64,000 nucleotides of DNA from Callorhinchus milii (lineage: Eukaryota), in contig NW_024704742.1 of assembly GCF_018977255.1 (NCBI RefSeq), positions 85,872,001-85,936,000 on the forward strand. Reading direction: 5' to 3'. Positions within the stretch are counted from its first letter, which is position 1, and every line of letters begins with the position of its first letter. The notes under the pieces were generated by a model. That model did no database searches. It was given only the letters and a program-made list of their open reading frames with translations, and was not told the DNA's origin. Shown here in pieces: positions 38,565 to 50,589 of the stretch. Made by a program: the position numbers and the translations under genes.

Positions 38565-38890
38565 TGTTGTAATCCTTAAAAATCTTGGAAACCTATTAGG
38601 TCATCTGTTACCTTCTCAGCTCTTAAAAAAACAACTTCTCAGATTTCTCTTTATAATTGAAATTTCTCATCCCTGGCATTATCTTAAATTCTGCACTTCA
38701 CCTTTTCTATTGCTTGCACATCCTCCTTATAACTATGTAACCCAAACTGTACAAAATACTCAACTAGGGCCTAACTAAGGTCTTGCACAGTTAAATGTTA
38801 CTCCCCTGCTTTTGTATTCTACGCTTCCATAAAACCAAGGTAAAACCCTTTTTCCTTTAAACAGCTTTATCTCTCTGTGCTGCCACCTTT
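38565..38890 (-). mobile_element. Old CR1 ORF2 fragment
   Basis: Degenerate similarity to 8570-8975 (ccctggcattatc...cccaaactgtacaaaatactc...ggcctaac). Confidence 0.65.
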
Positions 38891-39656
38891 AATGACCTGT
38901 ATCTTTACTCATCAGTTTCAAATAAAAAAAAGTCTGACGTTGTCCAAAAGAAGTGGCCTGATGTGCTCCCTGCGCTTTATACAAAGGTGTTCTCTCTGTT
39001 AGTGCAGTGGGTAACACAGCACCTGTTGTGGAGCTGATCCATGCTTTGCTCTTGAGTTGGCTAATCATCTCGGCAGTTTGGAGGAGTATCAAAAATCACC
39101 CGAGGAAATGTGCTATTTGGGGAAAAATTATGCTACGGATGTTCCTTTAAAATCAAATTCAATCATGTGCAAAATAAAGTCAATTGTTGAAGAAGATACA
39201 GTGCTGCCTTAAATCATTCCTTTCAGGAAGAAACCTTATTTACCTATGTGTCCCTGGGTTAGAGAGAGGCAAAATCAACTGGAAGTTTTTGCTTTTGATT
39301 ATTATGAAGTGGGAGGTGACCTTAGGCCATATTTCATGTGCCATTGACCATATTTTGCAAACCATATTTTGCGGACACTTATTAAAAAAATTTAACTCAC
39401 CGCAATTGTTGATGCTGGCAGTTACTGGGGAAACTTGTTGGATTAATGGGTGTATTTCTCTGATGAGTGTATTTGTTTTAGAATTGTATTGTTCCTCCTC
39501 AATTTGCTGCTGAACTCGAGATGGGACAAGTCTGGCCAGGGACATAATACCTCATCCAAGGATTGTCCCTGGGAATCAGGGACATATTGTCATCTTACCG
39601 TGGTCGAATAACTAATTTTTTGGGGTTGTTTTTTGAAAGTGAGATGAAGGGATTCG

Positions 39657-41000
39657 TAGAATCATAGAATCGTATAGCACAAAAAGAGGCCATTCGACCC
39701 ATTGTGTCTGTGCCGGCTCTTTGAAAAGAGCAATGTAATGTCAATCCCACTCCCCAGCCCTGTCCCCATAACCCTGTAAACCCGTCCTCCTCAAATACCC
39801 ATCCACCGCGTTTTTAGAAGTAGTTATCGAATTGGCCTCGACCACCCTTTCAGGCAATGCGTTACAGATTCGAACAACTCGCTGCGTGAAAAAANTTCTT
39901 CTCACCTCCCCTCTGCTTCTTTTAGATACTATTTTGAATCTGTGACCTCGAGTCACCGACACACCCACCAGTGGAAATTTTTTTTCCCTTTCTAACTTAT
40001 CAAATCCCCTCATGATTTTGAAGCCCTCTATTAGGTCTCCTCGTAACCTTCTCTGCTCCAATGAGAATAATCCCCGCCTCTCTAACCTTTCCTCATAATC
40101 AAGGTCCTCATTCCTGGTACCATCCTTGTAATCTCCTCTGCACCCTTTCCAATGCCTTAACATCCTTCCTATAGTGTGGTGCCCAGAACTGGGCGCAGTA
40201 TTCTAACTGAGGCCTAACCAGTGTTTTATATAAGTTAATCATAACCTCCTGACTCTTGTACTCTATACCCCTATTTATAAAGCCTAGTATCCCATATGCC
40301 CTTTTTACGGCTTTATCTACCTGTCCTGCCACCTTCAAGGATTCATTTACCTGAACCCCCCAGGTCTCTCTGTTCCTTCAACCTTTAAGATTGTATTATC
40401 TCGCCTATATTACCTCTCATTCTTTCTTCCAAAATGCATCACCTCGCATTTCTCCACATTGAAATTCATCTGCCATGTGTCTGCCCATTTTACCATTCTG
40501 TCTATGTCTTCCTGCAGTTGGCTCCTATCCTTCTCATTGTTTACTATCCTACCTAACTTTGTGTCATCCGCAAACTTGGAAATGGTACTTGCTATACCCA
40601 AGTCCAGATCATTTATATGTATTAAGAAGAGCAATTGTCCTGATACCGATCCCTGGGGGACGCCACTGTAAACTTACCTCCAGTCAGAAAAGCAGTCGTT
40701 CACTACTACTCTCTGCTTTCTGTCTCACAGCCAGTTCTGGATCCATGCTGCCACTGTCCCTTTTATACCATGGGCTTCTATTTTTCTTACAAGTCTTTTA
40801 TGTGGCACTTTGTCAAATGCCTTTTGAAAGTCCATATAAACTACATCAACTGCACTACCTTCATCCACCCTCTCCGTTATCTGATTGAAAAATTCTGTTA
40901 GATTTGTTAGCCAAGATTTACCTTTAACAAATCCGTGCGGCTGTGCCTCATTAACCATATTCTTCTAAGTGAAGATTTATTCTGTCCCGGATTATAGTCT
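39657..41000 (-). mobile_element. CR1 LINE, 5'-truncated (~1.3 kb), comparatively intact
   Basis: ORFs 40725-40958 (HGFVKGKSWLTNL..DVVYMDFQKAFDKVPH), 40410-40634 (KFADDTKL), 40108-40338 and 39741-40163; (catagaat)n tail; one ambiguous base at 39895. Confidence 0.93.
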
Positions 41001-41004
41001 TATA

Positions 41005-41230
41005 GATTGAGGGAGGGAGTTCCAGAGGGTGGAGGCATCGTGGCTGAAGGCGTAGATGCAGGTGGTGTTGGGTGGAAGGGCTGGTATTCGTGCTGCAGAC
41101 TCAAGTTTGCTGAGCGGTGGTGGCGAGGATAACATCCCAGAGGTAGAGAGGAGCGAGGGTGCCCGGGTGTTTGTCAATGAGGGTGAGGATCTTGAAGTGG
41201 ATCCACTGGGAGATGGGGATCGACAAGCAA
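41005..41230 (-). mobile_element. L2 fragment abutting the CR1 5' end
   Basis: PISQWIHFKILTL..; AFSHDASTLWNSLPQSIR on the minus strand. Confidence 0.75.
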
Positions 41231-42252
41231 CCAAGGAGTCTGACAAGGCTAAACTGTCTGGACCCGTGGGTGAAGATTGACCACTTGGGCAAAGCACTAC
41301 AGGGTGGCCAACGCCTAAAGAAAGCTATCCTGGTCTGATTTGCCATTGTTAGGACAGGAAAGGTAGAAGATACAGTATCTTCTCTCATCAAAGTTTCAAG
41401 TTGTTTTTTTTGAAAAAACAGGTTTGAGTGTTGCTGTGGTTACATATCAGACTACAACCTTGTAATTACAAACTGGGTAACATGTCTTATTCAGAGCCCT
41501 TTAGTTCTCAAGCTGTAATTCAAAGAGCGAAACACCTTTTATGGTTTAATTGTTTGCACTCTAACAGAAGACTGAGGTAGTATAAAGATGGTTGTCATGA
41601 AATAAGCAGTCATTACATTTTTCTTGTCGATCACCCCAACTTGGTGTAGTATGTGAGTTCAAAGGGTTTATACTGAGTTGCAATCTCTCTCATTTCCACC
41701 TCCCCCCTTCCCCAAGACTGACCTTTGCCCTGATTAAATAGAATGCTTTATTTGTAAGCTGCATCTACAGGGGGAAGAAATTCCACCTGGATCTAGAGTC
41801 AGTCTAGACTAGTTCTATTTTCTTAGTGTTTTGAAGCGTCCAGAATTTGGCAAATTGTTGAATTCAGTCTTAAAGTTAAAAGTTTCTGCCGTTCTTCAAA
41901 AGAAACTTACAGAAAACAGTCTTCAAAATTAAAACTGTATCTAAGAATTTGGCAACTTCTGGGCATTCTTACAATGCTATATAAATAAATAGAGTAAATT
42001 TAGATGCAGGTAGAATTTCCCTCCAGCAATAGTGACCAGATTTCTGGCTGCCCAGCTGTTTGAAGCAGGTCCGTAAAAGGTCAGCAATGTGCAAACGGCG
42101 GTGCTGGCTTCTCCGAGTGGGTGGAGAGATGAGCCTGGCTGGTTCCAGGACAATATCAGGATTCCTGGAGCAGGGCTACTGCTCCCTTTAACTTTGGTTG
42201 TTGCTGCATTTTGTCTCCACTGTTAGTATCAGAGCTGGTGGATTTTGCTTGC

Positions 42253-43204
42253 CGTATTTTAGACCCTAATTTCTTCAAAGTTTCAGCAAAGTTAATTCAA
42301 ACAGCTTCAAAAGTTAAAAGGGAGCAAGACTTTTACTCCTTTATCTAGTTTTGGCTGACGCTGTAATCTGGCTGTTGTGTTAGTGCAATGTTCCAGAGGT
42401 GTTTTCCTGGTGGATTTTACTTGACGCATTTTAGACTCTTAATTCCTTTAAAGTTTCTGCCTTTTTCCAGGCCTGAGACCAGCAACGCTGACTCTCTAAT
42501 GTTCCGATTCCAACATTTGTTTCCTGTGTGTCAGGATCTTGTGCAGTACTAGCAGCAAGCCCTGGAATCTGCACTGGAGCCAATGTGCCTTACAGAAGGT
42601 ATGAAGGAACAGTATGACGAGAGTTATTAAATCGAGCCAGAGAGTATATTTGTTGATTTGTTTACTGCCGCGGTGCTTCGATGATTTGTGGGTGGCAGCA
42701 GAATCTGAACGAGTTTTATGCAGAATCTCTTATTATTCCAGAAAACCAAAAGCAGAAAAGGTTATAATTATCAAACTGCTGGATTCCATGGGTGGGAACA
42801 CAGCAACTTCACAGCTGACAATAACTTCTGATTGTTCAAAGGAGGACCACCCGGGAGCCAGAAGTGAGCTGAGCTGAGCTGCTACCATATAAATGCCTTT
42901 TGATGTTTAGCTGGCAATTCTTCTGAAGTGGGGCTTCCTGCTACGAGTATTCTTGCAAATATTTGATCAGCTACGTACACTAGGTGCTTTCAAACCTCCT
43001 CTGTCTCTGTGTGGAACTCTGTGGTCGTACTTTGTGTGTGTGGAGGGGTGGGGGGATGGCGTGAGAGGAAGAGATATTTGATCTCTGTAGGTTGAGATTC
43101 TGAATAGCCCAGGATGCCTTGAAATGATAGAGAGCTATTTAAGTTTTGAAGCTGTTTGAATTAACTTTGCTGGAACCTTTGAAGAAATTAGGGTCTGAAA
43201 TGCG
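42253..43204. repeat. Inverted repeat, ~66-bp arms (42253-42318 / 43138-43204)
   Basis: agaccctaatttcttcaaag..cagcaaagttaattcaaacagcttcaaaa, mirrored. Confidence 0.92.
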
Positions 43205-43337
43205 ATAATTGCTAGTGGGATTCTTTAATGGGAATTAACGCACTATAATGGGGTGTGTTATAATGGAATCGACTTCAAGATCCTCACACTCGTGTTGAAA
43301 TCCATACTTGTAATTGTAACTCAGGAATCACTATTAA

Positions 43338-44205
43338 CAACAACGACAATAACTTGCACTTAAATAGCACCCTCCATTCAGGGTAGAAGCTCAGAGGGCT
43401 TAACAGCTTAAGGTGGCGGAGCCTGACTCCGAGCTGGTGGGGGGAGGTTTTCAGGCAGGACTTGAAAAAAAGAGAGGGGGTAAGGTGGAGGGATTGAGGG
43501 AGAGTGTTCCAGAGTTTCGGGGCGTAGTGTCTGAAAGCGCGACCTCCGATGGTGGGGCGGAGGGTGCGAAGGACGAGCAGGAGGACGGTACCAGACGAAC
43601 GGAAGGCAGTGGGTGGTGGATTGGGGAGTGAGGAGGTCAGAGAGGTAGGGATTTGAACACGAGTGTGAGGATCTTGAAGTCGATCTGTTCAGTGATGGGG
43701 AGCCAGTGGAGCCTGGCCAGAACTGGTGAGATGTGGGTATGGAGTTTGGTCTGGGTCAGTATACGGGTGGCAGAGTTCTGAATGAGCTGGATCCTTTGAA
43801 CAGTGGAGCTGGGGAGACCGGTGAGGAGTGCATTGGAGTAATCCAGGCGGGAGCTGACACAAACGCATGCATGAGTGTTTTGGCTGCATTTGGGGTAAGG
43901 TACGGTTGGAGGTGGGCAATGTGGTGGAGGTGGAAGAAAGCGGTCCTGGTCAGGGACTGGATGGAGGGAGGACAGCTGGTGGTCGAACCAGTCGCCTAGA
44001 TTTCGTACTGGTTCGGTGAGTCTGAGGGAGAGCCCAGGGAGGTTGAGGAGTTCAGATCCGCAGGAGTGAAGACATTGACGGGAGTCAAGGAGTATGGGTT
44101 CCATCTTGTCCACGTTTAGCTGCAGGAAGTTTGCACTCATCCAGGCCCTGATGTCTGCCAGACAAGCTGATAGAACATCGGTGGACCTGGAGTTGGTACT
44201 GGAGG
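43338..44205 (-). mobile_element. L2 3' portion (~870 bp)
   Basis: ORF 43637..44140: MSANFLQLNVDK..SSRLDYSNALLTGLP..IQNSATRIL..LHWLPITEQIDFKILTLVFKSL. Confidence 0.9.
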
Positions 44206-45399
44206 AGGCTTAATAGGATAAATCCTATTAGGAATGGGTGTGTTTTAGAGCCTGTGGCTGTTTGCAGTTTTAAGTAACATTTGTTTGGGGAGGGTTTTCA
44301 TTTATTCAGACAGCTGGAACCCTTGGTCTTCATGTGATATTGTGGGACCATAGACGCTGACTTGTCATGTGATGTCTTCTGTATACTTGAGCTCAACTTA
44401 TAAATGACCTGCAGTTGTCGAGCGCTAAAGCTTTTTAAAAGCCACTCGGGCGGGAGCTTTCTTGTGTGTACATGAGCTACTATAGGTAGAATCATAGACC
44501 ACTACAGCAGAGAAGGAGGCCATTCAGCTCATCACTGAATGTAACTTTCCATCATTGATGCTCCCCCCTCCCCACCCCCCGGTCACAAGCTCCGCTGAAA
44601 GGCTGTTGCAGTTGTTCCTAACATCTTGTGTGCAATATCTAGGTAATGCACAGCTTTGCGGACCCCAGTGCAGCTAATGTGCCACGACGGCATCCTCCGC
44701 CAAACATTTACAGTCTTTTTAGTGAAGGAGTCTGGTGAAAACATCTGCACTGACTTGTTTTGCACTAATGAATCATATTGTCACGCTGCCTCTTGAATTC
44801 CCTTTTGTGACTGAACAGCCTTGCTGATGGGAGATCACTTTTGCCAGAGGGGTATCTTCAGAACTCTGACTGTGGGCCTCGCCTGGACCATGCAGTGCTC
44901 TGTAAGCCATTGTTCTGATGTTACTGTAATAGTTGGAAAGCACCCGATGGGTGTGTAGCTGTAACTACCCAGTGGTAACTATTCAGTGAGTAGTCGAACA
45001 CTCATGTATATCAGAGCCAGGACACAATGAAGATTTGCATCTAACTGCACCCCTCCCAATAGTTTGACCCATCGGCAAAGAGACTTGCTTATTTTTAAAG
45101 GAAACATCCCTTTTGTAAATCGCATTAGTGGGTGAGGTTGGTTGGAGGAGCGATACAAAGAGTGCATTGTTCCTGCTGCCTCTGGCATGGAGGAAGCCCT
45201 GTGGTGAAGAGGTCTGTACAATGACCCACAGTGGGGGTTATAAAATGAACCAGTGGTGTATAATCCAGCATTGGAAGCCTGTAAAGCTAGTAAATTCAGG
45301 ATTAGAATTCCTAACTATTGTGCCATTTGCCACTGTATTAATGCCTTGAGAGGAAAAGGGGAGGGTGGGTTTTGATTCTTATTTGATTCTCATTACCTC

Positions 45400-45715
45400 T
45401 CTGATGTGTTTACTCCCCACTTCACTTTCTGGCACCTCCACTTGGCTGGCTCCAGCCTCCTGCTTGTTCCTCATCCCTTCCTTTCTAGTGTCGGTGGCCG
45501 TGCTTTCAGCCACTTTGGCCCGAAATTTGGAACTCTCTTCCTCAATCCCTCCGCCTTGCCCCCTCCTGCCCCATCTTCAGATCCCACCTGAAGATCTTCC
45601 TCTTTGACCACGCTTATGGTCACGTCCCCCTCCCCGGCTCCACCACTGTGAAGCATTCCGAGGAACTACCCTGAGTAAAGACTGCTATATAAATGCAAGT
45701 GGTTGTTGTTGTTTG
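45400..45715 (+). mobile_element. L2 3' end just upstream of the CEMIP2 first coding exon
   Basis: SVGGRAFSHFGPK..; tail tgctatataaatgcaagtggttgttgttgtt. Confidence 0.75.
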
Positions 45716-45828
45716 CCATTATCTTTTTCATTTAAGTGCTCGTTCTCAATATAAATACTACACATGTAAATGCAAGCTGTTGGTTTTCTCATTCCTATTT
45801 TTGTATTCTTCTGCAGTTTACTGGTAAT

Positions 45829-46168
45829 ATGCAGCCAGTCAGGAATGCACCTGGTCGCCCCCCTGCTTTTATTCAGGCTTCGAACGGGACCCGGAGTCAT
45901 TCATCCAGTTATGTCCCTGGGAAAGTTGTACCTGTCAGACCTGCGCCACCTCCCAGGATGACAATGGCATCTCACGCAGAGTGGTCCAATTCCAAACCGG
46001 ATAATCCAGCCATCTTCGTGTTCAGAGGAAATCAGCAGCATTCTGAGTCTGAAGACACGAGGAGGAAGATACACAGGAATAGCTTCATATGTGTTGGTAG
46101 CTTTCTGACTGTACTCATCCTCATCATAATCTGCACATTGGCCACACATTCTGGGCACGAAAGAGATG
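45829..46168 (+). CDS. CEMIP2: CEMIP2/TMEM2 first coding exon (cytoplasmic tail + transmembrane anchor)
   Basis: Acceptor ttcttctgcag|45817, ATG 45829 (A at -3), donor G|gtgagt. MQPVRNAPGRPPAFIQASNG...YVPGKVVPVRPAPPP...NSFICVGSFLTVLILIIICTLAT; YVPGKVVP plus a type II TM helix are TMEM2 features. Confidence 0.93.
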
Positions 46169-47227
46169 GTGAGTATCTGATCGTGTGTGTCTCTATGTGG
46201 GTGTTCCGCTGGCCAAAGGAAAATCTGATGTGCTGTTGCCAAACATGTTACGTTCAAGCCAGTTCAGCTCCAAGGAGACCCCAATTACCTTCCCCCTCCT
46301 CCCCCTCCCTCCGCATCACCGGGGATAGTCAATATTGGAGATAGATATGATCAAATGTTGCCTGTGAGTATCTGCATCCCCCCCCCCCCCACCCCACCCC
46401 GCAACACATTCGCTCGAGGGTCACACACGTGTAATGGCCACACTGGTACCAGAGGATATCTGTCGAGCCTTACCCCAGTAAATGGGAAAATAATGAGAGA
46501 CTTTGCATTTGACACAGCACCTTTCATGTCCAGAGGGTGTCTCAAAATGCTTCTCAGGACACACTGTGAAGTCACTATCTTTTGTAGGGGAAGATGGCAG
46601 ACAATTTGTGCATAACAATGTCCCACAAACATCTATGAAGTGAGTGACCCAATTTTACTTTCGGGGATTTTTGGCCAGGACACCGGGCAAACTCCCGTCT
46701 CTTTTCATTTTGTGCTATAACATCCTCCTGAACAGGCAGACGGGAGCTGACTTAATATTTCATTCACAGGACCACACCTCACACCTCTGACAATGTACTG
46801 TGAGTTCAGAGTTCCAAAGAGGGGCTCAAACGCACGTCTTTTTGGCTCAAAGACAAGAATGCTATCAACTGAGCCAGGCCGCCAGTTAAGCAAGGAATCC
46901 TAAGTGCCAATAAGAGAGAAATGATCAAATTGTCAGAGAAACCCAATCCCTTGTTTGATCTGTAAAGCAGGCTGACCACAGTAGCCACAAAATTAGCAAG
47001 CACGTGTTCACGTGTTCCCTGAACTGACCCAGCTTCTTTATATGACATTCAGCAACAGATCTGCTCTGAGCTCTACGCAAGCCTTAATAAGACGTTTGTT
47101 AACAAGAAATAATCTGTGTCTCTTTCTCTCTCTTTGTGTGTTTGTGAGTGTCTTTGTGAGTTTGTGTGAGTGTGTCTGTGTCTCTATGTGTTTGTCTCTA
47201 TGTGAGTGTTTCACTCTACTCTGTAGT

Positions 47228-47680
47228 TAGAATATTACAGCATAGAAGGAGTTCATTTGGCCCATCGTGCCTGTGCCGGCTGTTTGGAAGAGCTACCCAA
47301 TCAGTCCCAATCCCCTGCTCTTTCCCCATACCCTTGCAAATTCTTCCTCTTCAAGTACCTATCTAATTCCCTTTTGAACTTGTTATTTAATCTGTTTCCA
47401 TTGCCCTTTCAGGCAGTACATTCCAGACCGTAACAACTCTCTGTAAAAAAATGTCTTCTCATCTCCCCTCTGGTTTCATTGCCAATTATGTTAAATCTGT
47501 GTGCCCTGGTTACTGACCCACTGGCCAGTGGAAACAGTTTCTGCCTATCTACTATATCAAAACCCCTCATAATTGTGAACACCTCTATTAAATTTCCCCT
47601 TAACCGTCTCTGCTCTAAGGAGAACAATCCCAGCTTCTCTAGTAACTCCACATAACTAAAGTCGCTCATTCCTGGTAACA
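47228..47680 (-). mobile_element. CR1 3'-end fragment
   Basis: ORF 47409..47669 (LGLFSLEQRRLRGNLIEVF..) plus CR1 tail. Confidence 0.88.
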
Positions 47681-47684
47681 GTCT

Positions 47685-48325
47685 GTTGTGTCTGTTTGTG
47701 GGTGTCTCTGTTTGAGTGTATCTGTGTGTCTCTCTCTGTATGTGTCTGTTTGTGAATGTCTCTGTACATATATGTCTGTGTATGTCTTCTATATATGTGT
47801 GTGTGTTTCTGAGTGTCTGTGAATGTGTATGTGTCTCTATGTGTGTGTATGTTTCTTTGTGTCTATGAGTGTGTTTGTGTCTCTGTAAAAATGCATGTCT
47901 CTGTGAGTGTGTGTGTGTGTGTGTATGTTGTGTCTGTGAGTGTGTGTCTCTGTCTGTGAGTGTGTCTCTATGTATCTGTGCATGTGTGTATCTCTCTCTT
48001 TGTGAGTGTGTATGTGTGTGTGTGTGTCTCTCTGAGTGTATGTGTGTGTGTGTGTCTCTCTCTGGGTCTGTGTGTGTGTGTCTCTCTCTGGGTCTGTGTG
48101 TGTGTGTGTCTCTCTCTGGGTCTGTGTGTGTGTGTGTGTCTCTCTCTGGGTCTGTGTGTGTGTGAGTATGTGTCTCTCTCTAGGTCTGTGTGTGAGTGTG
48201 TGTGTATGTCTCTCTCTGGGTCTCTGTGTGTGTGTGTGTGTCTCTCTGAGTCTGTGTGTGTGTCTCTGTGTGTGTGTGTCTCTCTGGGTCTGTGAGTGTG
48301 CGGGTGCCCCTCTCTGGGTCTGTGT
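47685..48325. repeat. Compound (TG)n/(TC)n microsatellite with a higher-order ~28-30-bp unit
   Basis: tctctctgggtctgtgtgtgtgtg repeated from ~48056; a shorter related tract at 47113-47215. Confidence 0.95.
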
Positions 48326-49208
48326 CCAGTGCTGAGCCTTGAGAGGCAGGAGGCGGTGAGCTCCTGTTGCTCCGCAGTCAGGATACTGCTCCTGAGTGTA
48401 TGTTTTGGCGGATCTCCAGGCTCTTTGGGCTGTTGAAGAAGAAATTAATTTTTTTTTGACAACAATCCAACATGTGTTATTTCCTCATGTTTAGTTTTTA
48501 TCAGTAAAGTGAAAAACCACAAGAACAACTTGCATTTATATAGCAACCTTCACATGGGGTAGAATCCCAGAGCGCTTATGTAGATTGGCAGTAAAACGTA
48601 CCTCAATAGCACCAATCAACTTCCCCCAACCCAAGCACAAATTTCCCTGCAATTTTTGGCAAGTATTTCTACACTTTTCTATTGGCCCAGGTGATTGGTT
48701 ACATTACAAAGTGCGGCAGTTTGAAAGTTGGTCAAGAGACCCGTTTCCCCCACTTATCTCGAGGGGGACTTCCTGACAGGCTGCAGCAACAGCCGGCATT
48801 ATTTCCACTCTCTGCGCTGCGTCCTCCCAAACAACCACCCGCTCCTGCCGCTGCCCTAAGAGGACAGTTCACCGGGGATGGAGGAAGCGAGTGGAAGTTG
48901 GAAATGGTCTTGGGACGGATGAAATCATCCTCTACCCGCATGCTTCGTTGGACCATCCAGCTGTAGAATATTGGAAATTTTTGAGAGCAGTCCAAATTTT
49001 TATACTGTTCCTGAAGAAAAAATCTGGCTTCCAAATGTAGGACGGAATTGAAGAATTGTCTTAAACTTTCTAAGAGAAAGTTGCCTTACAGGCTAAGACC
49101 AGAGTTTTTTTTTGGCCTCTGCTTTTCTTGGAATATAGCAGGTGGTAGTTGGAATAATTTTCAATGGATAATACCTAACATATGCTTGATCTTCCTGTGA
49201 TATTTCAG

Positions 49209-49349
49209 AAAACTGTCCTGATCAAAACTTTGCACTTAGAAACTGGAACCCGGGTCACAATGCACAGAGACGGGTCGTCATCAGGAAAGGGCAGCACTTC
49301 CGACTGGATTCATCGGCGACCGTTCATTGCATCACCATTCAGGATGGAG
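49209..49349 (+). CDS. CEMIP2: CEMIP2 coding exon 2 (start of G8 domain), 141 bp
   Basis: tatttcag|...G|gtagag; ENCPDQNFALRNWNPGHNAQRRVVIRKGQHFRLDSSATVHCITIQDGG. Confidence 0.93.
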
Positions 49350-49469
49350 GTAGAGCTGGAAATAACATTATGCGCACGGCTCTTTTGATTAATCTTTCTT
49401 GTTCGTGATGTTGTCTCCATCAAAGATTCTTGGGTGAAATTTTCATTCAGCTTTGTAGTGCAGTGTTGG

Positions 49470-49820
49470 GTATCAGCCTGGCTTGTAGCTGGTAGCACTC
49501 TCACCTCTGAATTAGAAAGTTGTGGGTTCAAGCCCCAGACTGGGATTTGAGCCCATAATCTTAGCTTCAGTGTAGTGCTGAGGCAGTAATTTATTGTCAG
49601 AGCTGCTGTCCTTTGGATAAGGTGTTAATCCGAGGTCCAGTCTGTCTGTTCAGGTGATGTTAAAGATCCCATGGCACTATTCGAAAAGAGAATGGAGTTT
49701 GTCTCAGTGTCCTGGCAAACAATCCCCCAAATAAAATTGGTCATTCACTCCATTGCTGTTTATGAGACATTGTTGTGTAGATTGTGGCCGTCTACCAATA
49801 CACAGTCACTGCACTTTACA
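49470..49820 (+). mobile_element. Deu-type SINE (further copies ~7450-7735, 13775-13930, 15180-15420, 26245-26530, 37290-37590, 46495-46880, 51885-52000, 52474-52590, 53478-53740, 59330-59640, 59790-59965, 61378-61755, 62780-62930)
   Basis: Shared head cagcctggctcagttggtagcactct..ttgtgggttcaa and core ctgcctgttcaggtggatgttaaagatcccatggcact. Confidence 0.85.
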
Positions 49821-49968
49821 ATAAAAATATTTTAAAAATCTGGGCTGCTGCTCCTCCCCCTGAAACCGCTAATTTATCTAATTGCCAGATTTCAACTGTT
49901 TATTCAAGTCAATTGTTATTTGGTTTCCGAGCAAAACTGAAGGTTTGTTTTCTCTTTGGGCTTCTTAG

Positions 49969-50527
49969 GTTCATTAGTCTTTGCTGACAGTGTGGACGGC
50001 TCAAAAAATATTTCCTTAAAATCCCGTTACATTCTGCTGAAGGATGGGGGAGCGCTTCACATTGGAGCAGAGAAATGCCTGTATAAATCCCGAGCCACCA
50101 TCACGCTGTACGGCAGATCTGACGAAGATGAGGAGGTGCCGGAGTTTGGGAAGAAATTCCTGGGGGTTGATGCGGGAGGCATCCTGGAAATGCACGGCAC
50201 CAAGAAGTTATCCTGGACCCTGTTGACCAAGACTCTGCCTGCGTCTGGCTTAATATTCGGGTCCTCCTTATACACACCACCCAACCGTGGGTTAAATGTC
50301 TATGTGGTCGACCAGGACACGGGACAAGTGCTGGCGAAGGAGAATTTTGACACCTACGAAGAGGTTCGTGAGAGCAAGAGACTGGAGGCTTTCCTCAAAT
50401 CCCAGGAAACGGGCCGAATAATTGCTATTGCTGTCAAAGACTCCGCTGCTAAAAATCTCCATCCACAAACAAAGAAGTTTATCCAGGAGCTTCTTGGAAG
50501 TAATTACGTCCAAGTTTTAAGTTACAG
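49969..50527 (+). CDS. CEMIP2: CEMIP2 coding exon 3 (gene exon 4; G8 and GG domains), 559 bp
   Basis: cttcttag|...AG|gtaagg; SLVFADSVDGSKNISLKSRYILLKDGGALHIGAEKCLYKSRATITLYG...RGLNVYVVDQDT...FDT...RIIAIAVKDSAAK...LSYR (ORF 49956..50531). Confidence 0.96.
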
Positions 50528-50589
50528 GTAAGGAGTAACTGGACACCGTTAACATTGCTGACAACATTAACCTGGTCAAATCGTTAGTT

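Noticed and set aside
8222..41000. Active autonomous retrotransposon or domesticated RT gene
   Set aside because: All CR1 and L2 pieces are 5'-truncated with frameshifts or stops.
44211..44230. Short hairpins (taataggat-aa-atcctatta; also ~62999-63026 and ~14333-14354)
   Set aside because: 8-9-bp stems are expected by chance in 64 kb.
45736..46344. 202-aa ORF as a stand-alone gene or N-terminal extension
   Set aside because: It begins at a non-ATG codon in the intron before acceptor 45816 and runs past donor 46169; only 45829-46168 is homologous.
47869..48335. Cys/Val-rich ORFs
   Set aside because: Translation of a TG/TC microsatellite.
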